Part shown: positions 57,429-64,000 of the stretch, piece by piece | Position numbering within the stretch: the first letter of the stretch is position 1 | Layout: every line of letters begins with the position of its first letter | Virus record (IMG/VR): IMGVR_UViG_3300010354_000050 | Location: 55,412 to 119,411 of that record | Origin: a virus | Direction: 5' to 3' (one strand) | DNA length: 64,000 bases | Program-made: the position numbers and the translations under genes | The notes under the pieces: model-generated | Databases searched by the model: none | Told to the model about the DNA's origin: nothing | The model's input: the letters and a program-made list of their open reading frames with translations, nothing else

Positions 57429-58106
57429 ATGAAAAAACTTGCAACTTTTCAACAACTCAGAACATTTGACAAAGAAACTCACCCAGTAGATTTAGAACCT
57501 GGACAATTTGCCATAAATATTTCTCCTGACAACTTGAATCCTGAAAATAATGATTACAATACATTTCTCTATATAGGGAATGGATCTAATCTAAGGATTG
57601 ATGAAGGGGGTTTGGTTTTAGTTGACAATGGCACTGAAGGGAAAGGTTGGGTCAGATACAGGTTAAGAAATGTAAGTCCAGAAGGTGATTCAGTTTATGG
57701 CAATTTAACCATATCTGGAGCTAATTTGGCTTTTCAGGCTAGGGGTAATAAGAAAGCAGAGTTAATTGTACCTAAATTAGCCAATAGTCCAGAGTTGGGA
57801 TCACAAGTTGGTTCTGTAAGGTGGAACAATACCAATTCTATTTTTGAGGCTTGGGATGGGGTCAAATGGGATACTACATCAAAAGTAACTGTTTCTGATG
57901 TTGCCCCTTCTAATCCCTCCAATGGCGATATGTGGTTTGATTCTGGGGCTACAACTAATTTATACATCTATGTTTCAACTCCCTATTTGTCTCCAAGGTG
58001 GGTAGTAGTTTCTTCAGGTTTAGTAGAAACTGCTTTGCAACCTGGCAATGGAGTAATACCAAATTCTGCTAATCAAATTAATATAATTGATCAAGGATCT
58101 TTCTAA
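57429..58106 (+). CDS. tail-fibre-associated protein
   Basis: G-x-x-R-x-N...FE-x-WDG-x-x-W and APSNP-x-x-GD-x-W-x-D repeats; ends DQGSF. Confidence 0.7.
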   Translation: MKKLATFQQLRTFDKETHPVDLEPGQFAINISPDNLNPENNDYNTFLYIGNGSNLRIDEGGLVLVDNGTEGKGWVRYRLRNVSPEGDSVYGNLTISGANLAFQARGNKKAELIVPKLANSPELGSQVGSVRWNNTNSIFEAWDGVKWDTTSKVTVSDVAPSNPSNGDMWFDSGATTNLYIYVSTPYLSPRWVVVSSGLVETALQPGNGVIPNSANQINIIDQGSF

Positions 58107-60211
58107 TGGCCGTTAAAATTCAGCACCTTAGATCTGAGGTTGCTAGTAAAAGACCCCAAGCAACCAGCTTATTAACTGGTGAAATTGCCCTAAATATCAA
58201 CTCAGGTACATCTGGATTATTTATAAAGGATACCTTAGGCCAGGTTGTAAAAGTTGGGCCAGTTGAAGTAGGAAGTAGTGTGCCAAATGTTACTCCTGCT
58301 TCTGGAGGATCTTCTGGAAATTCTCTTGGAGAAATGTGGCTAGATACTGCCAATGCTGGGGGAAATGCCCAAAGAGTTCTAAAGGTTTATGATGGAACTT
58401 CTTGGAGAAACCCTGGATCTGTAACCATCGGCTCTACTAATATTGAAGTTGGCTCAACAGGTTCTACTACTCTATCTGGTCTAACTTCCTTAACTACTTC
58501 TGGTACTCTGTCTTTAGCCAACAGGGGTAGTTTATATTTTTATGAAACTGCCACAAACGGGACAAACTATTTAGGTTTTCAAGCTCCTGCTTCATTAGCT
58601 GGCGATGTTGTTTGGACTTTGCCTACCGGAGATGGGACTAATGGGCAATTTCTTCAAACAAATGGCAGTGGTGTTCTAAATTGGGGAACTGTAGATACTC
58701 ACATTATTAGTGCAGGTGATAGTTCTGTTTCTGTAACTGACACAGGTTCTAATGGGACTATTACGTTCAAGACTGATAATGTTGACAGATGGAAAATTGA
58801 TCCTTCTGGAAATTTACTACCTGCTACAGACTCTACTTATAACATTGGTTCAAGTGGTATAGAAGTACTAAATATTTACAGTGATAATCTGTATGGTACT
58901 TTACAAACTGCTTCCCAAACCAACATTACAGGAGTTGGAACCCTAACAGCAGGTACTTGGCAAGCTACAACCATTAACGCAGCTTATGGGGGTACTGGGC
59001 AGACTTCTTATACCGATGGGCAACTTTTAATTGGTAATTCAACAGGAAACACCCTTAGCAAGGCTACCTTAACTCAAGGAGATGGCTTACTAATTACCAA
59101 TGGTTCGGGAGCTATTACCTTAGCTACAGCAACTTCTGTACCCAACTCTTTTGTAGCAGATTCGGGAAGTCCAACTGGTGCAAGTTCTAGAAGCTTGAGC
59201 TTGCTTGGAGGGACTGGTTTAACCTCCGTTGCTACAGTAGGAGTGATTACCTTTAACCTGGACAATACTGCTGTTGTAGCAGGTTCTTACGGTTCAGCTT
59301 CCCAAGTTGCAACATTTACCGTTGATGCCCAAGGTAGACTAACTTCAGCAGCTTCCCAATCAATTTCTATCACTGCTTTTCAAGTAACAGATTTTGATAC
59401 GCAAGTAAGAACAAATAGACTTGATCAACTTGCAGTCCCAACAGCAAGCGTTTCCCTTAACAACCAATTAATTACTAATTTAGCAACACCTATAGCAGAT
59501 ACAGACGCAGCTAATAAAGGCTATGTCGATAGTGTTGCTCAAGGTCTAGATGTTAAGGGTTCTGTCAGAATTGCTACAACTTCAAATATTACTCTTTCTG
59601 GCCTTTTGACTGTTGATGGAGTAACACTTGTTGCGGGAAACAGAATCTTAGTTAAGAATCAGACCTTACCTGAAGAAAATGGTATTTATGTTGTTGCTTC
59701 TGGTGCTTGGGCAAGGTCTAGTGATTTAAGCCAAGCTGCTCAATTCCCAGGTGCTTTTACCTTTGTAGAGGAGGGTACATCATTTGCTAACAGTGGTTGG
59801 GTTTGCGCTACTGATTCTCCTGTTACGGTTGGAACTACACCAATCTTATTTGAACAATTTTCTGGTGCTGGTCAAATTACAGCAGGGAATGGTTTAAGCA
59901 AAACTGGCAATACACTAGATGTTAATGTAGACAATACTACAATAGAGATTTCTTCTGACAACCTGAGGGTTAAAACAACCTATACAGGGCAAACTAGCAT
60001 TACTACTTTAGGAACTGTTACTACAGGTACTTGGAACGGTAGTTTGATAGGCCTTGCTTATGGGGGGACTGGAGTTGATGCTACAAATATAACTGCTAAA
60101 TATGCGTTCATGGCTCCTAATGCTACTTCTGGTAATGCTTCCTTTAGAGAAATCTTAACCAGTGATATTGCTCCTATTACTGGTGGCAGTTTTGATGCTG
60201 GTACTTATTAA
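58106..60211 (+). CDS. tail fibre protein
   Basis: L-x-x-GE-x-ALN N-terminal domain, Gly/Thr-rich, DAANKGYVD, RILVKNQ..ENGIY domain; ends DAGTY. Confidence 0.82.
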   Translation: MAVKIQHLRSEVASKRPQATSLLTGEIALNINSGTSGLFIKDTLGQVVKVGPVEVGSSVPNVTPASGGSSGNSLGEMWLDTANAGGNAQRVLKVYDGTSWRNPGSVTIGSTNIEVGSTGSTTLSGLTSLTTSGTLSLANRGSLYFYETATNGTNYLGFQAPASLAGDVVWTLPTGDGTNGQFLQTNGSGVLNWGTVDTHIISAGDSSVSVTDTGSNGTITFKTDNVDRWKIDPSGNLLPATDSTYNIGSSGIEVLNIYSDNLYGTLQTASQTNITGVGTLTAGTWQATTINAAYGGTGQTSYTDGQLLIGNSTGNTLSKATLTQGDGLLITNGSGAITLATATSVPNSFVADSGSPTGASSRSLSLLGGTGLTSVATVGVITFNLDNTAVVAGSYGSASQVATFTVDAQGRLTSAASQSISITAFQVTDFDTQVRTNRLDQLAVPTASVSLNNQLITNLATPIADTDAANKGYVDSVAQGLDVKGSVRIATTSNITLSGLLTVDGVTLVAGNRILVKNQTLPEENGIYVVASGAWARSSDLSQAAQFPGAFTFVEEGTSFANSGWVCATDSPVTVGTTPILFEQFSGAGQITAGNGLSKTGNTLDVNVDNTTIEISSDNLRVKTTYTGQTSITTLGTVTTGTWNGSLIGLAYGGTGVDATNITAKYAFMAPNATSGNASFREILTSDIAPITGGSFDAGTY

Positions 60212-60244
60212 ATAAAATAAACAAAAATTTTTGGTCAAAAAAAA

Positions 60245-60282
60245 GAAAGAAAGAGGGAGTCAAAAGATTTCCTCTTTCTTTC
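60245..60282. terminator. probable bidirectional terminator between convergent modules
   Basis: GAAAGAAAGAGGGAGTC-AAAA-GATTTCCTCTTTCTTTC hairpin. Confidence 0.7.
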
Positions 60283-60309
60283 TAATTACTTGTATAACTT
60301 TCAAGTTAA

Positions 60310-60915
60310 TTATTCAACAATTGCTGCCAAAAAGCAATCATATAGCTCAATTTCAGCATTAACTCTAGTAACAACTTCCTGACTCCATTCGACCAACATA
60401 GAAAACCATAGATCATATTTAGGATTGGTCAAAAGCTTGTAGTAATCCCTGCTACTATGCCATAACTCTTCTGACGTAACTTTAGGAGGTTTCCCAAACG
60501 TTAAACCGCCAAAATGACTCAAGACTGTATGCTTTTTAGATTTTAGACTTGATACAACTTCTCCTTTAACCTCAATTACAACCTTATCTGGTACAGGTTT
60601 TCCCGCTATCACAGCTTCAATCACAGCGGTTTTGTGACCAATTCCAGCATACTGCATTAAATCATCTGTAATCAACTTGTAGGTGTCTTGAGAGCATTTG
60701 ATTACATTATTTACAACCGATCCGTCTTTAGCAATGCCTGAGAATACAGGCTTACGTTTAGGGAATACCTTAGTAACTATTAAGGCGTTTTTAACGTCAT
60801 CTAGGACGCGATCACCAACCTTTAGATCTCTAATTCCAACTACAGGACAAGCTTTGTAAGCTGCATCTACTAGGTTATAGAGTTCAACACCCGTATAACG
60901 CCATTTTTCAATCAT
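60310..60915 (-). CDS. hypothetical protein
   Basis: AAGGAG RBS on - strand. Confidence 0.75.
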   Translation of the reverse strand: MIEKWRYTGVELYNLVDAAYKACPVVGIRDLKVGDRVLDDVKNALIVTKVFPKRKPVFSGIAKDGSVVNNVIKCSQDTYKLITDDLMQYAGIGHKTAVIEAVIAGKPVPDKVVIEVKGEVVSSLKSKKHTVLSHFGGLTFGKPPKVTSEELWHSSRDYYKLLTNPKYDLWFSMLVEWSQEVVTRVNAEIELYDCFLAAIVE

Positions 60916-61159
60916 TTTTCAAGCTCCTTAGAATTACTGGACTACCCCCTACAATAGGGATTTGAAAATTGCCGCCTACTGGTTAAGCTTTAACTTGGCA
61001 TCGTTAAGGATCTTTTCAGCCATAACAATACGATCCTTAATCCATTGATCACTATTGGCTGATAAATCCATAGTAATTACTGTTCTCAACTATAAATGTA
61101 TTTTATCTTATTATGCTGAGGTTGTCAAGGAAAACCTTTCGGGTTTTCTTTTGAAAACC

Positions 61160-61531
61160 TTAGTACTTTTTCAAAGAAAAACTTGTTGCAAAATTTTCCA
61201 TAAACTCCCCTACCCTATTAACAACCAAACTTAGGTCTTCTCCTTCAGGAGTTTGATATAGGGTAATGTAGTTAACCTTTGGATTAAGTCCAGATGAAAC
61301 GTCAACTACTACTGATCCCTGATAAAGCCCTAAGTTTAGTAGTTTAGTAAAGAAAACCTTTACTACTTGATCATAGTCAACTTCCGTCAAATAAACTTCA
61401 CAAACTGCTTTAGATTCATTACATAGCTGCCAAGAAGTCCAGACTTGTTTCTCAACTAACTTAGAAACCCGAAACCTAAAGTCTTGGCAAGTTTGCTCGT
61501 CATAGTTTGCTACTCGTGTTCTTGAAAACAT
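61160..61531 (-). CDS. hypothetical protein
   Basis: start reassigned to ATG 61531 because the upstream extension is promoter/palindrome DNA. Confidence 0.65.
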   Translation of the reverse strand: MFSRTRVANYDEQTCQDFRFRVSKLVEKQVWTSWQLCNESKAVCEVYLTEVDYDQVVKVFFTKLLNLGLYQGSVVVDVSSGLNPKVNYITLYQTPEGEDLSLVVNRVGEFMENFATSFSLKKY

Positions 61532-61595
61532 TTCTAATCTCTCTAATTTATTACAACCCAAATTTCCCTTCAAGTCAAGAAAATTCCTAAGGTTT

Positions 61596-62099
61596 TCAAA
61601 CAATAAGTTCATTCAACCGTCTGTATTTAACCCCTAAAGCCTCAAGGGCAATTTCTAGATCTTCTACACATTCACCATCAAAAGCCCCTGAGATATAAAC
61701 TTCTTTGTCAACCAACTCCAACATCCACTCTGCTACCCAAACAATTTCAGAATGGTTCCCGCCAGAAGTCCACAGGCTACAATCTTCGGCTTGATAAACT
61801 TCAGGATATTTGCTTAAACGCTGAAGATCATCTAGATCTTCAACATCTAGCATATCCAAGCACCAACCGTAGTCGTAGACTTGTACTTGATCAACATAAT
61901 CGACCAGTTGATCATATTCACTATAGCTAATGTCGAAATCTTCAAACCTAGTCAAGATCACCTTATCATAGTGGTTTTCTTCTAGGTGAAAAGTGAATTC
62001 TTCCTTTAAGATTTCAAAGGAAGTGCCATGATCCTTATAACCATTTTCCCACATTGGTTCTAGGTGGTGAATAATCAGGATTTTATCAGACATTTGCAT
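61596..62099 (-). CDS. hypothetical protein (isochorismatase-like fold possible)
   Basis: ILIIHH-x-x-P...V-x-ISGAF-x-GECVEDLE-x-AL. Confidence 0.65.
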   Translation of the reverse strand: MQMSDKILIIHHLEPMWENGYKDHGTSFEILKEEFTFHLEENHYDKVILTRFEDFDISYSEYDQLVDYVDQVQVYDYGWCLDMLDVEDLDDLQRLSKYPEVYQAEDCSLWTSGGNHSEIVWVAEWMLELVDKEVYISGAFDGECVEDLEIALEALGVKYRRLNELIV

Positions 62100-62143
62100 T
62101 TCCCAAACTCATTAATTCAATTGTAGCCCATTAGCTCCCAAGA

Positions 62144-62352
62144 GTCAAGGAAAACCTTGCTGGTTTTCTTTTGAAAACCTTAGCAATTTTCAGAAAAAAA
62201 AGGAAGTTGTTGCCAACTTCCCTATAGGAGAAAAATAAACTCTTCTACACTATAACCCACTGAACAGATTTTGTCAAGGAAAACCTTGCTGGTTTTCTTT
62301 TGAAAACCTTAGCAATTTTCAGAAAAAAAAGGAAGTTGTTGCCAACTTCCCT
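62144..62352. repeat. 80-bp exact direct repeat (terminator + palindromes + -35)
   Basis: copies 62144-62223 and 62273-62352. Confidence 0.92.
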
Positions 62353-62382
62353 TAAAGCCTTTACTACTGTTCCAAGAAAAAT

Positions 62383-62589
62383 CTAACGATTTTCGGAAGA
62401 AAACCCGATAAACTCTACTACTTCTTCCCAACTATGACTATCAAAAACATCATAGCCTTCCTCATCAAAAACCAGGTAGTACACAGAGCTAGTCAAAGCT
62501 CCTTCTATCCACTCTACATTGGTCTGAATGGAAATTGTATAATTTCCTACAACCAGATCATGTTCAATGGTTTTCTCAAACAAAAACAT
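62383..62589 (-). CDS. hypothetical protein
   Basis: GGAG RBS, own promoter and terminator. Confidence 0.65.
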   Translation of the reverse strand: MFLFEKTIEHDLVVGNYTISIQTNVEWIEGALTSSVYYLVFDEEGYDVFDSHSWEEVVEFIGFSSENR

Positions 62590-62799
62590 AAGTGGTTTTC
62601 TCCGTAGTTTTTCACTTAACTATACCTACTATAACCCATTACCCTACCCTTGTCAAGGAAATTCCTAAGGAATTTCAGATTTTCAGAAAATCCCTAGGGA
62701 TTTTCAATGTATAATTTTATACATCACAACAATAGAAAAAAGGAAGTTGTTGCCAACTTCCCCTTGGATTACCATCTAAGAGTGAAATCAAATCTTCTA

Positions 62800-63009
62800 T
62801 TAATCTATGTCTTCTCCAATCCACACATTTAGGGGAATGTTGATCCAGGGCATAGTACCCGATTTCATCGTTACTGTAGCTCCTACATTAATTTCCTTCC
62901 AACCTTCAGGAAATTCAACTACTTTTTTGATTTGGGAAATTTGCTTTCCCAACAACGCAGCAGCTTTTTCCTTCAACATTTGCTGCTGGATCTTTTGTAA
63001 GTTTTCCAT
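62800..63009 (-). CDS. hypothetical protein
   Basis: GGGG RBS; terminator downstream. Confidence 0.6.
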   Translation of the reverse strand: MENLQKIQQQMLKEKAAALLGKQISQIKKVVEFPEGWKEINVGATVTMKSGTMPWINIPLNVWIGEDID

Positions 63010-63363
63010 CTTGTTAACCCCATTTCAATAAAATTCCTTAGGATTTTCAAAAAAAGGAATTGTTGCCAATTCCTTAATGATTGCTAGAACTTGTCAGCGG
63101 TAATCCCTTGTTCTAGAACCAAGTACCGGATCGCCTCTTGACGATTTCCTCTGAACTTCCTGTCAGCCAACTTAGTGACAAGATTTTCAAATTTAATTTG
63201 CTGTTGTGCGGAGATCTGCATAGGGTGAATTCCTTTCAGGTTTCAATTCAATAAAACTACAATACCTGATTCCTAGAGAAAGTCAAGAAAATTGCTAAGC
63301 AATTTTTGTTAGAAGGCAAAAAAGGAGAAGCTGGTGGTAATCAACTTCTCCTTGGGGCATTAT

Positions 63364-63522
63364 TTATAGAACCTTCAGATCTGCTAGGATAGAAAGCAGG
63401 AGGCTTCCTAGCACTAAAACAGTAATAGTGAAGGAGGTAACTCCTTCAGCAGCAGGGTTAGATGCCCGTACTGCTTGAGCTTCCTGGTACTGTTGGTTGC
63501 TAATTTCCGTATAGAACTTCAT
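63364..63522 (-). CDS. small single-TM protein (below ORF-track cutoff)
   Basis: MKFYTEIS...ILADLKVL; ATGA overlap with pentapeptide gene. Confidence 0.55.
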   Translation of the reverse strand: MKFYTEISNQQYQEAQAVRASNPAAEGVTSFTITVLVLGSLLLSILADLKVL

Positions 63523-63887
63523 GACTCAATTACACCGCTCAAGTTGGCATCGTACAGGTTGGCACCGCGCAGGTCGGCATAGCTCAGGTTGGCATAGCTC
63601 AAGTTGGCACGGCGCAGTTTGGCTCTGCGCAGGTCGGCACGGATCAGTTTGGCGTTGTTCAGGTCAGCCCCACTCAGGTCAGCCCCGCTCAGGTTGGCGT
63701 TGTTCAGGTCAGCCCCACTCAGTTCGGCATCACTCAGGTCAGCCCAGCTCAGGTCAGCCCAGCTCAGGTCAGCCCCGTCCAGGTTGGCATCGCTCAGGTC
63801 AACTTTTGCCCCCGGATTGGCTTCTCGCCATGCATTCCACCCCTTAACGCCCGCTTTGAGTAGATTGAGTTGCGTTAGGTTTGCCAT
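63519..63887 (-). CDS. pentapeptide repeat protein (cyanobacterial type)
   Basis: G-V-x-x-WN-x-WR N-terminus plus tandem A(D/N)L-x-x repeats; GC-rich. Confidence 0.93.
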   Translation of the reverse strand: MANLTQLNLLKAGVKGWNAWREANPGAKVDLSDANLDGADLSWADLSWADLSDAELSGADLNNANLSGADLSGADLNNAKLIRADLRRAKLRRANLSYANLSYADLRGANLYDANLSGVIES

Positions 63888-64000
63888 TTTTGTTGTTGTT
63901 TCCTCAATTCCTATAAATACATATTAGCAGTTTTGAAGGGAGTTGTCAAGGAAATTCCTTAGGAATTTCCATTACTTTTTATTATGGAAATTGCCTTTTA

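Larger units (their letters stand above)
61130..63969 (-). promoter_or_regulatory. family of 19-bp palindromes abutting -35 boxes of - strand promoters
   Basis: copies at 61130, 61579, 62150, 62279, 62658, 63288, 63951, each 0-1 bp from TTGACW; extra copies 61153, 62173, 62686, 63030. Confidence 0.85.

Noticed and set aside
60310-60915. Hint/intein domain suggested by IRDLKVGDRV
   Set aside because: No properly spaced N-terminal Cys block, T-x-x-H motif or terminal HN.
63521-63927. Repetitive + strand ORFs
   Set aside because: Shadows of the pentapeptide repeat gene.

Overview
AT-rich window from a large contractile-tailed (myovirus-type) phage genome, probably a cyanophage. The host inference rests on a cyanobacterial-type pentapeptide-repeat protein, a DUF928-like secreted peptide and a Pol-gamma-like polymerase. 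Positions 1-35 kb are a + strand early/accessory region of small ORFs packaged as terminator / sigma70-promoter cassettes. It includes a GyrA/ParC-like topoisomerase subunit, a DNA methyltransferase, RlpA, a DarG-like macrodomain, a dNMP kinase and a mitochondrial Pol-gamma-like DNA polymerase split into two genes. It also holds a displaced tail-chaperone pair with a -1 frameshift site. Positions 35-60 kb are a Mu-like head and contractile-tail morphogenesis module (sheath, portal, protease/scaffold, major capsid, tube, baseplate, spike, adaptor, fibres). Positions 60-64 kb are convergent - strand cassettes whose promoters abut a conserved 19-bp palindrome. The best candidate for an undescribed system is at about 13.6-21.2 kb. 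There, promoter-proximal tandem stem-bulge RNAs carrying CAGCAA, two tRNAs and a tRNA-like RNA with a shortened anticodon arm sit beside a Ro60/TROVE-like (DUF2828)-vWA gene, a Pnkp-type phosphoesterase and an Rnl1-like ligase. All calls were made by eye; no searches or folding programs were run. No terminase, tape measure or GyrB gene was recognised in the window.
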